A stretch of DNA of 64,000 nucleotides from Candidatus Planktophila sp. GTDB lineage: Bacteria; Actinomycetota; Actinomycetes; Nanopelagicales; Nanopelagicaceae. Both the position numbers and the translations under genes were made by a program. The stretch spans positions 49,554-113,553 of the forward strand of contig JBILIJ010000002.1 in NCBI GenBank assembly GCA_044350045.1. The letters run 5' to 3'. The notes beneath the pieces were generated by a model. The model was not told where the DNA came from and searched no databases. It was given only the letters and a program-made list of their open reading frames with translations. Below, piece after piece: positions 18,904 to 30,100 of the stretch. The first letter of the stretch is position 1, and each line of letters begins with the position of its first letter.

Positions 18904-19509
18904 CTATTCGGTGCGGGGGAAGCCCGAAATTCCACGCCACATCAAGTTTTCAACGAGATCTACTGCTTGCTGGCGAGTTAATTTGCTGTCACGTTCCAAC
19001 CAATGGCGCGCAGTTACTTGCGCATAGCCAATGAGTCCGACGCCGAGAAGCATTGAAACCTCTTTGGGTAAACCGGTGTCATTAGAAATTACTCCACTTA
19101 CAGCTGCGGCGCAGTCATAAGTCATGCGATTGAGTCGCTCACTCACTTGTGGCTCAACGCTCATATCACTTTCAAAGAGCAGTCTAAATGCTTCTCCTTC
19201 ATTTTCGATAAATGAGAAATATGCAACAACTGTTGCACGCACCCGCTGAGCATTATCGGGAGTTGATGAGATTGCTTTTTGGATTTCAAAAACCAAGGAA
19301 TCAATGTGAAGATCAAGGACAGCAAGATAGAGATCTAATTTAGAAGGAAAATGTTGATAGAGAACTGGCTTACTTACCCCGGCACGATCTGCGATTTCAT
19401 CCATAGCTGCTGAGTGATAGCCGGCTGCGGTAAAGACCTCAAGGGCTGCGGCGAGAAGGATTGCTCTGCGTTCGTCACGGGGAAGACGCGCTTTGTCAGG
19501 AGTGCTCAT
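18904..19509 (-). CDS. TetR/AcrR family transcriptional regulator
   Basis: RLPRDERR..LL.AA..VF...GYH...MDEIA.RAGVSKPVLYQHFPSK. Confidence 0.95.
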   Translation of the reverse strand: MSTPDKARLPRDERRAILLAAALEVFTAAGYHSAAMDEIADRAGVSKPVLYQHFPSKLDLYLAVLDLHIDSLVFEIQKAISSTPDNAQRVRATVVAYFSFIENEGEAFRLLFESDMSVEPQVSERLNRMTYDCAAAVSGVISNDTGLPKEVSMLLGVGLIGYAQVTARHWLERDSKLTRQQAVDLVENLMWRGISGFPRTE

Positions 19510-19568
19510 TTGGCTAATCGTAGAGGTTAATTGGCGCGCTTACCTAGTCTGAGGCAGAATAACCAATT

Positions 19569-20750
19569 GTGAAGACTCCTCCATTGGTTACTCCAGGCCC
19601 TGCACTCACTGTCGATGAAGTGCGCAGGTATAGCCGCCACCTCATCATTCCTGATGTTGCAATGGCTGGCCAACAGCGATTAATGAATGCAAAGGTCCTC
19701 TGCGTTGGTGCCGGAGGTCTTGGCTCGCCGGCTCTTATGTACCTTGCAGCCGCCGGAGTCGGGACCATCGGAATTGTTGAATTCGATACTGTCGATGAAT
19801 CAAATCTTCAACGTCAAATTATTCACGGACAATCAGATATTGGAAAAAGTAAGGCTAAATCAGCTCAAGAAAAGATCCTAGAGATCAATCCTTACGTCAA
19901 CGTCGTAACCCATGAGGTGAGACTCGATGTTGACAATGTGATGGATATTTTTTCTCGCTATGACATTATTGTTGATGGCACAGATAACTTTGCGACTAGA
20001 TATCTTGTAAATGATGCATGTGTGCTCTTGAAGAAGCCATACGTGTGGGGATCTATCTATCGATTTGATGGACAAGCAAGTGTGTTCTGGGCTGAATATG
20101 GACCGTGCTATCGCTGCCTCTATCCAGAACCTCCACCTCCAGGCATGGTTCCATCATGCGCCGAAGGTGGGGTACTCGGAGTCCTGTGCGCAACTATCGG
20201 TTCAATCCAGACAACTGAAGCGATCAAAGTCCTGACAGGAGTCGGCGAACCTCTTATTGGTGAGTTGATGATCTATGACGCGCTGGAAATGGAATTCAAG
20301 AAGGTAAAGATTCGTAAAGATCCAAATTGCCCTCTCTGTAGCGCCAATGCCACTCAAAAAGATCTACTCCCTGACTATGAAGCATTTTGTGGCGTTCTAT
20401 CTAATCAGGCACAAGAAGCTGTAACAGATTCAACAATTACAGTTACTGAACTTAAAGAGAAGATTGATCGAAGCGATGATTTCTATTTGATCGATGTTCG
20501 CGAGCTAAGTGAGTTTGAGATAGTAAGAATTCCAGGATCGCACCTCATCCCAAAGCAAGGTTTTATTGATGGAACAGCGCTAGCTGGCTTACCTCAAGAT
20601 AAGCCAATAATTCTTCATTGCAAGAGCGGCGTCCGCTCAGCAGAGTGCCTTGCAATAATCAAGGGAGCAGGATTTAAAGATGCATCCCATGTCTACGGTG
20701 GAGTGATCGCTTGGGCAAAACAGATTGATACATCACTGCCGGTTTATTAA
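19569..20750 (+). CDS. moeZ: Adenylyltransferase/sulfurtransferase MoeZ (ThiF + rhodanese)
   Basis: RYSRHL, GAGGLG, SNLQRQ, CYRC/CPLC zinc motifs, rhodanese HCKSGVRS. Confidence 0.95.
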   Translation: MKTPPLVTPGPALTVDEVRRYSRHLIIPDVAMAGQQRLMNAKVLCVGAGGLGSPALMYLAAAGVGTIGIVEFDTVDESNLQRQIIHGQSDIGKSKAKSAQEKILEINPYVNVVTHEVRLDVDNVMDIFSRYDIIVDGTDNFATRYLVNDACVLLKKPYVWGSIYRFDGQASVFWAEYGPCYRCLYPEPPPPGMVPSCAEGGVLGVLCATIGSIQTTEAIKVLTGVGEPLIGELMIYDALEMEFKKVKIRKDPNCPLCSANATQKDLLPDYEAFCGVLSNQAQEAVTDSTITVTELKEKIDRSDDFYLIDVRELSEFEIVRIPGSHLIPKQGFIDGTALAGLPQDKPIILHCKSGVRSAECLAIIKGAGFKDASHVYGGVIAWAKQIDTSLPVY

Positions 20751-21619
20751 TGCTTGAGCGTTATGACGGTGCGCGAGTACTCCTAGTTCATGCTCATCCT
20801 GATGATGAGACCATTAACAATGGCGCGACGATGGCACTTTACGCAGCCCTCGGTGCACAGGTGACGCTTGTGACTTGTACGCGAGGTGAAGAAGGAGAAG
20901 TTCTAGTCCCAGAACTCTCGCATTTAGCATCAAGTGAGCAGGATTTACTTGGCTCTCATCGCGAAGGTGAGTTAGCAGGTGCCATGAAAGCACTTGGTGT
21001 ATCTGATTTTCGCTTCCTTGGAGATCCATCAGCCCACTACCGCGATAGCGGAATGATGGGAACGCCGCAAAATGATCGTCCTGATGTTTTTTGGCAGGCA
21101 GATGTCAAGCAGGCGAGTACCCATCTCATTGAAATTATTGATGAAGTCAAGCCCCACGTTCTCATTACCTACGATGAAATCGGTGGTTACGGGCATCCCG
21201 ATCACATCCAGGCACATCGAATTGCGATGGATGCGGCGCAGAATGCAAGATGGTCGATTCCAAAAATCTATTGGAATACGATGCCAAAATCTGTGATTGC
21301 AGATGGAATTGAAAAAATGAAAGCACTTGGTACAGATTTTTTTGGTGTGGAAAATGCAGAGGATCTTCCCTATGCGAAGGATGATGAATTTGTAACAACC
21401 CTGATCGACGGAAATGATTATGTACAAGCCAAGATGGATGCCATGGCTGCACATTCAACTCAGATAGCACTCGATGGACCATTTTTTGCTCTTTCAAACA
21501 ATATTGGACTACAGGTGTGGGGAAATGAGTACTACACACTCGTCAAAGGAAATCGAACTGGACCATTTGATGAGATGGGGCGAGAAACAGATCTCTTAGC
21601 TGGGATAAGTTTCACATGA
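20750..21619 (+). CDS. mshB: GlcNAc-Ins deacetylase (mycothiol biosynthesis)
   Basis: [43 protein letters not shown]. Confidence 0.92.
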   Translation: MLERYDGARVLLVHAHPDDETINNGATMALYAALGAQVTLVTCTRGEEGEVLVPELSHLASSEQDLLGSHREGELAGAMKALGVSDFRFLGDPSAHYRDSGMMGTPQNDRPDVFWQADVKQASTHLIEIIDEVKPHVLITYDEIGGYGHPDHIQAHRIAMDAAQNARWSIPKIYWNTMPKSVIADGIEKMKALGTDFFGVENAEDLPYAKDDEFVTTLIDGNDYVQAKMDAMAAHSTQIALDGPFFALSNNIGLQVWGNEYYTLVKGNRTGPFDEMGRETDLLAGISFT

Positions 21620-21933
21620 AATACATCGCCAGCTTTTTTGTCGGCGCAATCACTGCAGCTGGTGGAGTCTTTCTCCATCTTTCATACCCACCTGCGGGAC
21701 TGATCCTTGGTTTAGCAGGAACAGCTGCGACATTTTGGTCAATTGGAAAATATTATGGAAAGAAGCGATATCGATTGGCAACCCTTGCCGGCTGGCTCTT
21801 TGTGGTCAACGATGCAACAACCTTTGGCGATGGTGGCGAACTATTGGTGCAAGGCGATAGAACTGGACTTACATTTCTAGCGAGTAGTTTGGCGATTGTG
21901 ATCGTCTCAATATTTCTTCCTGCGCGAGGTTAG
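21616..21933 (+). CDS. Small membrane protein (DUF6113-like, mshB-linked)
   Basis: Four hydrophobic segments and GW...GGELLV pattern; typical gene downstream of mshB. Confidence 0.65.
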   Translation: MKYIASFFVGAITAAGGVFLHLSYPPAGLILGLAGTAATFWSIGKYYGKKRYRLATLAGWLFVVNDATTFGDGGELLVQGDRTGLTFLASSLAIVIVSIFLPARG

Positions 21934-23282
21934 CTCCAGCTCTGTCCATCAGGGCCATCGTGAATTGCAAGACCAGTTGCCTCTAGTAATCCTCGCAAGC
22001 GATCACTCTCAGTAAAATCTTTTCGTGCACGTGCCTCCTGACGAGATCGAAGAAGTTCTTCTTGTTCGCTGGTTAATACTTTCTCTTCAGGAGCTCGGTT
22101 TAAATCAAGACCCAATACTTGGTCGGCAAATAAGAAAATTGCCCGCTTTCTCAAGGGATCCATTTGGGCATCTTTTTCAATTACACGAAGCCGCTGTAGC
22201 GCCTTCGGGGTATCCAAATCATTAAATAGTGCGCTTTCTACTTCTGGATCGCATTCAAGAACAGATCCAGTTCCTCCATCTGCGACTATGCCTCTCCATC
22301 GCTTTAGAGTTGCATCAGCAGCCTTCAAGGAAGCCCACGTGAGATCCATCTGCGAGCGGTAGCGATTTTCAAGAAATGCAAAGCGAGCAGAGAGTGGATC
22401 GAGATCTCGATCAATAATATCTTGTACGAGAACTACATTGCCTGCACTCTTAGACATCTTGCGACCTTCAAAGAGTAAATGCTCACCATGAATCCAATGC
22501 GTAACTATGTCGTGCCCTGATAGAGCATTTGATTGGGCACGTTCGTTTTCGTGATGGGGAAAGCGAAGATCGATTCCGCCAACATGTAGATCTACTTTTT
22601 GGCCAAGGTGTGCCAGTGACATAGCGCTACATTCAATGTGCCAGCCTGGGAAACCTAGCCCCCACGGTGTTTGCCACACCATCTGTGTACGGTCATGGGC
22701 AATCTTCCATAGCGCCCAGTCAGCATGAAATCTTTTTGCGCCATCTTCTGTTACTTCAAATCGATATCCAGGTTTAAGGGCATCAAGACGATTGCCACTT
22801 ATCGCACCATATGTCGGGAAGGATTGGGCGTCGAAATATACATTTCCATCGACTCCAACGTAGGCAAAGCCTGTGTCAATGAGTTTTGTTATGGCCGAGA
22901 TCATGAGCTCGATACTTTCACTCGCCCGTGGGTATAAATCGGCAGGCAATACATTTAACCGATCTAAATCTGTGTGAAAGCGCTCTTCGTACTTTCTTGC
23001 GATCTCGAACGGATCAATTTTTTCAATCTTGGATTGAGACAGAATCTTGTCTTCGAGATCTGTTGCCATATGTCCTACATCTGTAATGTTTTGCACCAAG
23101 GTGACGCGGAGTCCCGACAGTCTCGCAGCACGCACAATAAGGTCAGAGAGCAAAAAGGTACGTAAATTACCTACGTGAGCATCTCTATACACAGTTGGGC
23201 CGCAGCAGTACATCTTTAACTCTCCTGCAGAACCAGTAATATCAACTATTTCCCGTGATCGAGTCTCATAGAGTTTTAACAT
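21930..23282 (-). CDS. cysS: Cysteine--tRNA ligase
   Basis: CGPTVY..AHVGN (HIGH), NITDVGH, PGWHIECSAM, GGIDL.FPHHENE, KMSKS, C-terminal R..KDF..SD.LR anticodon domain. Confidence 0.92.
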   Translation of the reverse strand: MLKLYETRSREIVDITGSAGELKMYCCGPTVYRDAHVGNLRTFLLSDLIVRAARLSGLRVTLVQNITDVGHMATDLEDKILSQSKIEKIDPFEIARKYEERFHTDLDRLNVLPADLYPRASESIELMISAITKLIDTGFAYVGVDGNVYFDAQSFPTYGAISGNRLDALKPGYRFEVTEDGAKRFHADWALWKIAHDRTQMVWQTPWGLGFPGWHIECSAMSLAHLGQKVDLHVGGIDLRFPHHENERAQSNALSGHDIVTHWIHGEHLLFEGRKMSKSAGNVVLVQDIIDRDLDPLSARFAFLENRYRSQMDLTWASLKAADATLKRWRGIVADGGTGSVLECDPEVESALFNDLDTPKALQRLRVIEKDAQMDPLRKRAIFLFADQVLGLDLNRAPEEKVLTSEQEELLRSRQEARARKDFTESDRLRGLLEATGLAIHDGPDGQSWS

Positions 23283-24259
23283 GAGCACTCGGTTGACTCG
23301 GCGCGTTGTATGTATCGGTATGTGTGATGGAATGTAAATCCTAATTTTTCGTAGAGCGATTGCGCATCACGATTGGATTGATCCACCTGCAGGCACATTT
23401 TCAAAGCGCCGTGCTTGAGTGCAGAACTCATACATGCCAGCATAAGCAATCGTGCTAATCCTTTTTTGCGATGCGCCTCGGCAACGATCAATCGTGTGAC
23501 CATTGCCCACGAATCAGAGATTGCAACGCGTGCAGTCGCAATAATCTCCCCCCTGTGAGTTAAGGCGATGTATCGTGCTGGGTAAGCGAGCATGATTGAG
23601 CGCAATTCATGATCATCATGAAGAGTCAAAAATAAATCGCTAGGTTCGCCCTCGTCAGAGATCTCAACTTCTTTCTCAGCGGCAAGCTCTTGAACGTCGA
23701 TGCCCGCCTCTAAATCTTTAATGAGAAACGCAGCGCCAAGTTTCTCACTCCAACCTCGTGCCGTCAGATAGTCATTAAACTCTTGATGGATCGGAAGCGA
23801 GATTTGAAAAATAGTTGGAAGTCCAGCATCGCGATATATCGAATCAACTACCGCGATTGCTTCGTCGAGATCCATTCCCGGCTCGCCAAAGGGTGGCGCA
23901 CCTGTCATCAGAACTGAGTTGGCGCGATTTGTCGCGCCATTAGAAATTCGACACTTCCACAAACCCACTGCTTTGATTTGATGAGGTGGCCAGGTTCGAG
24001 CAGAAATCTCTTCGAGTTCTGCAATGCGTAGCGACAGTGGTGCACCTTTACCGGCGCGTTGTTCTACTTCTGTGATTGGGTGCACAATCGCGAGCTGATC
24101 TGGGTTAAATGTGACTACCTCACCACTTCGCTTGCGAATCGTGGTCATTGTTTCAAGGACTCCGACAACATCTCGGTACCCACCGGCGGGATCGTGAAAA
24201 CGCAGAGTCAGTCGGCGGCCGATTAACTCTGGGCCGAGGGCTATAGATCTGGCTTCCAT
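23276..24259 (-). CDS. GNAT family N-acetyltransferase with N-terminal SH3-like domain
   Basis: IGRRLTLR...DVVG.L N-domain, G.T.RANSV, V..AHRKKGLA, LQV...N..A..LY.KLGF...H.Y.Y. Confidence 0.88.
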   Translation of the reverse strand: MEARSIALGPELIGRRLTLRFHDPAGGYRDVVGVLETMTTIRKRSGEVVTFNPDQLAIVHPITEVEQRAGKGAPLSLRIAELEEISARTWPPHQIKAVGLWKCRISNGATNRANSVLMTGAPPFGEPGMDLDEAIAVVDSIYRDAGLPTIFQISLPIHQEFNDYLTARGWSEKLGAAFLIKDLEAGIDVQELAAEKEVEISDEGEPSDLFLTLHDDHELRSIMLAYPARYIALTHRGEIIATARVAISDSWAMVTRLIVAEAHRKKGLARLLMLACMSSALKHGALKMCLQVDQSNRDAQSLYEKLGFTFHHTYRYIQRAESTECSC

Positions 24260-24351
24260 AGGCTCACATTAACCCTGCGATGGCGCGGGCGCATGGTTAG
24301 AATGTGACCTCAACGTGTTCTGCTCTAACTTTAAAGCTCCGGAGGTTGCTC

Positions 24352-24672
24352 GTGACATATGTGATTGCCCAGCCATGTATCGATGTGAAGGACAAGTCTT
24401 GCATTGAGGAATGTCCCGTCGATTGCATCTACGAAGGTAACCGGATGCTTTATATCCAACCTGATGAGTGCGTTGATTGTGGTGCCTGCGAACCCGTATG
24501 CCCAGTGGAGGCGATTTACTACGAAGACGATGTACCGGGCGAGTGGAAAGAATTCCCTAAAATCAATACCGAATTTTTCGTCGAGATCGGATCACCAGGT
24601 GGAGCTGCAAAAGTTGGCCTGACAGATCATGATCATGTAGATGTCCTCTCCATTGAGAAAAAAACTTCCTGA
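24352..24672 (+). CDS. fdxA: 7Fe ferredoxin
   Basis: VTYVIAQPCIDVKDKSCIEECPVDCIY..CVDCGACEPVCP; GGAGG SD before GTG 24352. Confidence 0.96.
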   Translation: MTYVIAQPCIDVKDKSCIEECPVDCIYEGNRMLYIQPDECVDCGACEPVCPVEAIYYEDDVPGEWKEFPKINTEFFVEIGSPGGAAKVGLTDHDHVDVLSIEKKTS

Positions 24673-25729
24673 TTTTCCCTGGGATGCTCTTGCTCCTTAT
24701 GGAGTGAAAGCTCGAAAGCATCCACGAGGGATTATCGATCTCTCAGTCGGAACTCCAGTTGATCCGACTCCAGATTTCATTCAGAAAGTTTTAGCGGAGA
24801 ATTCAAATTCTCCTGGATATCCAACAACGGCAGGAACGCCGGAATTACAAGAAGCGATACGACAGTGGGCGACAGGCCATCTTGGCATTACCGGAGATTT
24901 CGATGTGCTACCGGTGATTGGATCTAAAGAGCTTGTTGCATGGCTTCCCACCTTTCTACAGTCAAAAAGTGTGATTTATCCAAAAGTTGCGTACCCGACT
25001 TATCAAGTTGGTGCAATTCTTGCCCAGTCACAAGAGATTGCTGTTGATATCGATGCAGATCAATGGCCACACGCTGATCTCGCCTGGGTGAATTCGCCTT
25101 CAAATCCGACCGGTCGCGTACACACCGAAGCTGAATTCAGAGCCGTTATCGCGTGGTCGCGCAAGAACAATTCCGTAGTGATATCTGATGAGTGTTATCT
25201 TGAATTTGGAGATTCCGTAACACCCACATCTATTTTTGCATCTGCCGATGGTAATAATAAGAATCTGCTTGCAGTCCTCTCGTTATCAAAGCGCTCTAAC
25301 CTTGCTGGCTATCGAGCTGCATTTCTGGTGGGGGACCCACAGCTCATCGCGCAAATTCGTGAAGTGAGAAAACATGCTGGGATGATGGTGGCTCTTCCTG
25401 TTCAGAAAGCTATGACAGTTGCTCTGGCAGATGATGGCCATATAGAAACACAACGTAAGCGATACAACTCTCGTCGCGCATCACTCAAACCAGCTCTTAT
25501 CGCTGCAGGATTTATCGTAGATGAAAGCGCTGCAGGGCTTTATCTTTGGTGCACACGGCGAGAAGATTCATGGCAGTCAGTTGATTGGCTGGCAAGCCTA
25601 GGAATTCTTGCAACCCCTGGCAGTTTTTATGGCAGCGATGGTTCCCAACATATTCGCATCGCACTTACAGCTACTGATGAAGCGATTGCGGATGCGTCGT
25701 CTCGAATTCTTGCAGCAGTCCAGGGATAA
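24641..25729 (+). CDS. dapC: Succinyldiaminopimelate transaminase
   Basis: LPDFPWD, DLSVGTPVDP, GSKELVAWLP, NSPSNPTG, SLSKRSNLAGYR; follows fdxA. Confidence 0.94.
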   Translation: MSSPLRKKLPDFPWDALAPYGVKARKHPRGIIDLSVGTPVDPTPDFIQKVLAENSNSPGYPTTAGTPELQEAIRQWATGHLGITGDFDVLPVIGSKELVAWLPTFLQSKSVIYPKVAYPTYQVGAILAQSQEIAVDIDADQWPHADLAWVNSPSNPTGRVHTEAEFRAVIAWSRKNNSVVISDECYLEFGDSVTPTSIFASADGNNKNLLAVLSLSKRSNLAGYRAAFLVGDPQLIAQIREVRKHAGMMVALPVQKAMTVALADDGHIETQRKRYNSRRASLKPALIAAGFIVDESAAGLYLWCTRREDSWQSVDWLASLGILATPGSFYGSDGSQHIRIALTATDEAIADASSRILAAVQG

Positions 25730-25732
25730 GCG

Positions 25733-26698
25733 ATGACTTCGGCAATTTTGCTTGTTGGAGGTAGGGGAACTCGGCTTTCCCCAATCACTGATGATATTCC
25801 GAAACCCATGCTACCCATCGCAGGTTTGCCCGTCACAGAGCATCAGATACTTGCAGCAAAGCGTGCGGGCGTGACAACTCTTGTCCTAGCAACATCATAT
25901 CTAGCAGAAGTTTTTACTCCATATTTTGGAGATGGCAGTAAGTGGGGCATTGACCTGCGATATGCCATTGAGAAAGAGCCATTAGGTACAGGTGGTGCGA
26001 TCGCTCATGCCGCAGCAGCGCTAGACGATGATGAAGATCAGCCGGTTTTAATCTTTAATGGCGATGTGATTAGTGATCACGATATTTCAGCACAGATTGC
26101 AAGTCATAAAGAAAATAGCGCTGACGTTACTTTGCATCTCATTCAAGTAGAAGATGCTCGTGCCTTCGGCTGTGTTCCTACAGATAGCCAGAACCGTGTC
26201 ACCGCTTTCCTCGAAAAGATGGATCAACCTGTGACGAACTGGATTAATGCTGGGTGCTACATCTTTAATCGCGCTGTGATTGACTCAATTCCGCGCGGAG
26301 TTGTGACCTCTGTTGAGCGAGAAACTTTCCCGGGGCTCATTACCGATAACCGGCGCATCTTTGGCTATAAAGAGAATGCATATTGGCTCGATATTGGCAC
26401 CCCTGCAGCCCTCTTTAAGGCATCGAAAGATCGGGTAACAGGTGGCTTTAGCGCACATCCCACAGCGCGTATAGATTCCTCGGCACTGCTTTCAGGTGGT
26501 ACATCTATTGGCGCAATGGCCACCATCGCTTCCAAGGCCACCCTCAATAATTGCATCATCTCTGAAGGTGCCCAAGTGGCCACTAGAGCGCGACTCGAAC
26601 GGTGCTTTCTCGCACCGGGAGCCACAGTTGAATCTGATGCCAGCTTTACCGATCGCTACATATCAATTGGAAAGAACATACCCATCAATTTTATTTAA
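25733..26698 (+). CDS. Mannose-1-phosphate guanylyltransferase (NDP-sugar synthase)
   Basis: LVGGRGTRL.P.T..IPKPML, EPLGTGG, NGD, FLEK, INAGCY, WLDIGTP, C-terminal beta-helix. Confidence 0.9.
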   Translation: MTSAILLVGGRGTRLSPITDDIPKPMLPIAGLPVTEHQILAAKRAGVTTLVLATSYLAEVFTPYFGDGSKWGIDLRYAIEKEPLGTGGAIAHAAAALDDDEDQPVLIFNGDVISDHDISAQIASHKENSADVTLHLIQVEDARAFGCVPTDSQNRVTAFLEKMDQPVTNWINAGCYIFNRAVIDSIPRGVVTSVERETFPGLITDNRRIFGYKENAYWLDIGTPAALFKASKDRVTGGFSAHPTARIDSSALLSGGTSIGAMATIASKATLNNCIISEGAQVATRARLERCFLAPGATVESDASFTDRYISIGKNIPINFI

Positions 26699-26792
26699 TT
26701 TTTTAAGTGAAAATTGTCGATTTTTTACCTACTTCACGCTCAAAAAGGGCACCATGCGAGAAAATTTCAACCCTCAACCCGTCCTGCTGGAG

Positions 26793-26823
26793 TTGACAGA
26801 AAGGGATTACACGCGTGTAATTC
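26793..26823 (+). promoter_or_regulatory. whiB2 promoter with perfect 16-bp palindrome
   Basis: TTGACA at 26793-26798; ATTACACGCGTGTAAT (26806-26821) is self-complementary and overlaps an imperfect -10 region. Confidence 0.7.
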
Positions 26824-26884
26824 ATACCTAGCAAGCCCGAAATCCACTCTGGAGCGGGCCCTAATGTCTTGAGGAGATTAGCTC

Positions 26885-27193
26885 ATGCCAATCCGTCCAG
26901 AAGCACAATCAACTGGCAAGCCATCAGCCCCTACTGCTGGACCAACTATTCAATTAGCAAATGGCGAGAACATTGAACTCTCGTGGCAAGAACGAGCACT
27001 CTGTGCTCAGACAGATCCCGAGGCATTCTTTCCCGAGAAGGGTGGATCAACGCGCGAAGCAAAGCGCGTCTGCCTCTCATGCGATGTGCGCCAAGAATGT
27101 CTTGAGTATGCACTGGCACACGATGAACGCTTTGGAATTTGGGGCGGACTCTCAGAACGTGAGCGTCGTCGTTTGAAGCGTCGCCCAGCGTAG
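26885..27193 (+). CDS. whiB2: WhiB family transcription factor (WhiB2/WhmD ortholog)
   Basis: WQERALCAQTDPEAFFPEKGGSTREAKRVC..C.V...CLEYAL..DERFGIWGGLSERERRRLK. Confidence 0.95.
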   Translation: MPIRPEAQSTGKPSAPTAGPTIQLANGENIELSWQERALCAQTDPEAFFPEKGGSTREAKRVCLSCDVRQECLEYALAHDERFGIWGGLSERERRRLKRRPA

Positions 27194-27196
27194 GAG

Positions 27197-30100
27197 ATGT
27201 CTGTGCATCGCGTTAGCGCGATCCTTGTTGTTCATGACGGAGCAACGTGGCTGCCTGAAGTTGTCGCATCTCTTGCTTCGCAGACCAGAGCGATTGATCA
27301 ATTAGTCGCAGTTGATACTGGCTCTATCGACTCATCTGCGAAATTACTTAAAGGTGCACGCGTACCCGTAATTTCAATGCCGCGCGAAACTGGTTTCGGG
27401 GCTGCAATAGCTTCAGCCGTTGAAAAACTTCCTCCGCGCGCAATTAATGAATGGCTATGGATTATTCATGATGATTGCGCACCAGCATCTGGTGCGCTCG
27501 CCGCTCTCTTAGCGGCAGTTGAAGAACGCCCACAAGTAGTAATGGCAGGACCAAAACTCTTAGGTTGGCATGATCGTACGCACTTACTTGAAATCGGAGT
27601 AAGCATCGCTTCTAACGGCGCGCGTTGGACTGGATTAGAAGAATCAGAATATGACCAAGGTCAGCACGATGGTATTGCCGACGTGCTTGCAGTAAGCACT
27701 GCTGGAGCGCTCATCCGAAGAGATGTATTTGAAGATCTCGGTGGCTTTGATCAAAATCTCGAACTCTTTCGTGACGATGTAGATTTTGGTTGGCGTGTGC
27801 ATGCAGCCGGACATAGCGTTGTCGTAGCTACCGATGCAGTTGCCTATCATGCACAAGCCGCAGCAACTGAAAGACGCAGCGTTGATGTAAAAGGTGCATT
27901 CTTGCACCGCCCCTTGTTGCTCGATCGTCAAAATGCTGCCTACGTTCTTCTGGCAAATGCAACGTGGTGGCTACTCCCACTTCTAGCACTGCAACTTTTA
28001 ACTTCGGCCCTGCTGAGAGCCGTGGGTTATCTCTTTGCCAAACTGCCTGGATACGCCGGCGATGAAATTTTGGCGATTGTAAATTTGTTGATCAAGCCAG
28101 GAGAATTGATTAAGGCACGTAAGGATCGCAAAGCGACTCGATTAGTTTCTGCTCAAGTTGCCTCGCAGTTCATCCCATCACGCGGGCGTCAGCTGCGCCT
28201 TGCTCTCGAAAGATCGCGAGCGGCAATTCGTGACCTCATTTTGAAACCTATTGAAAAAAGTAACGCGGGAGAAACGCTGCTTGATCTACCTACCGAAAGT
28301 GAACTAGAAGAAGAAGATCTACTAGCCCCAATAGCAGCTCGAAAATGGCGCACAGTTTTTCGCAAGCCATTCATCGTCTCACTCATATTCCTCACTGCCT
28401 TAACTGTGCTGTGGTCTCGCAACCGAATTGGCGCAGTTTCGGGAGGAACACTTGCACCTTCACCTGAAAGCGCCCAACAACTGTGGGACTTTTACTTTGC
28501 ACCGTGGCATGAGGTCGGGCTCGGAAGCAAGAGCGCATCTCCTCTTTGGATACCTCTGCTCGCAATTGGATCTCTCGTCACATTTGGCAATGTTGAAGTA
28601 TTTATCTCACTCTTTTTCATTGCGACCCCAATACTTCTATTTCTGTCTATCCACCACCTTCTCAAGAAGGTCAGTGACAATCGATTCCTCACAGCGATAG
28701 CAGCCGTTCTTTACTCCATCTCACCTGTTGCGATTTCAGCGGTGAATACAGGAAGAATTGGTCTTATTGTCCTGATGGTGACAACTCCCTTTCTTATCGA
28801 GAGAGCATTTCAATGGCGCACGATTGAATCCTTTTCGGTTCGCGCAATCTCAGCGCTCTCTCTGGCAATTGCATTCACCTTCTCCTTCGCTCCAGCCTTA
28901 CTTCTTGTTCTTCTTGGCTTGAGCCTTGCCGCCGTTGTAAGAGACTTTGATTCTTTTCGAATTGACCAGGACCAGCAGTTACTCAATTCCAGGCTTGCCC
29001 GGCGTGCAGCCCTATTCTTTACCCCGATTCTTCTGACTCTGCCGTGGAGCTTTGAACTTTTGAGTTCTCCCCGCACGCTTCTCCTTGATATCGGATTGCT
29101 CAGCTCTGGGGGAGGGCCAAATCTGGCATTCCTTGCTAATCCAGGTGGTGCGGGATCACTGCCATGGTGGCTAATAAGCCCCGTAACTTTTGTATTACTA
29201 GTTGCACTTTTCTCGGCAAATCGGGCAAGACAGGTTGCCGTCATCGGCGGATCACTTATTGTTTCTGGAACATTTCTTTCAATATTTTCTTTAGCTGGCA
29301 AAGGCACAGGAGCTTCTAGTCCTGTCTATGCGGGAGTATTTATTGCACTTGCAACCCTTGCTGCGACATATGCAGCGGTAGGGATTCTCAATAGCGTCAG
29401 AGAGAAGTTGATCAGCACTCATCTAAATTATCGCCACTTGGCTGCCTCGACTCTTGTTTTTGCATCCATGGCGTATGCAATCGGAGCATCGACTTGGATT
29501 GTCGGACAAGCCCCGCAAGCGCCACTTCAATCAGCCCAAGGTGAAGTTCTACCGCCATTTCTTGCAATTGAAAGTCAATCAAAAACACTTGTCATCAGAG
29601 AGCGTGTTATCGAATCAGTACCATCATTAAATTATTACATTGCACGAGGTGGAGATGTCTCTCTCGGTGAAGCCGATGTTGTCCCGCGCGAAGTTCCTGA
29701 AATTGAACTTGCCGTCACAGGGCTTGCCGACGGAAGTGGAATTGCCAGCAGTAAAGTTTTGGGAAGTTTCGGAATCACATATGTATTTCTTAAAGCTCCC
29801 TCTCAAGGAACGCTAGTACAAACTATTGATGGACTTGGTGGATTTATTCGCGCCTCCTCAACGGATGTTGGAATCGTTTGGAAAGTTGCTGGTGCGACCG
29901 GAAATCTAGTGTTGACCGATGTCAGCGGAAAGTCGGTTCAGCTAAAGCCAACTTCGGTTCCAGATGAATATCTTGTTCCTACCCCTGGTGTCGTCACACT
30001 TACGCAAAGTTATAGTCGTAGCTGGTACTTAGTTCAAGACGGAAAGCGACTCACTCGTATCCAAAGCGAACTCTCGCTCCCTCAATTCTCTGTAGAAGCA

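Noticed and set aside
19569-20750. MoeZ (E1-like) as part of a ubiquitin-like defence system
   Set aside because: It is the standard actinobacterial ThiF-rhodanese at its usual TetR-linked locus, with no E2, JAB or cyclase genes nearby.
21930-23282. Calling this gene mshC because it neighbours mshB
   Set aside because: It has CGPTVY and a C-terminal anticodon-binding domain typical of CysS, not the CGITPY motif of MshC.
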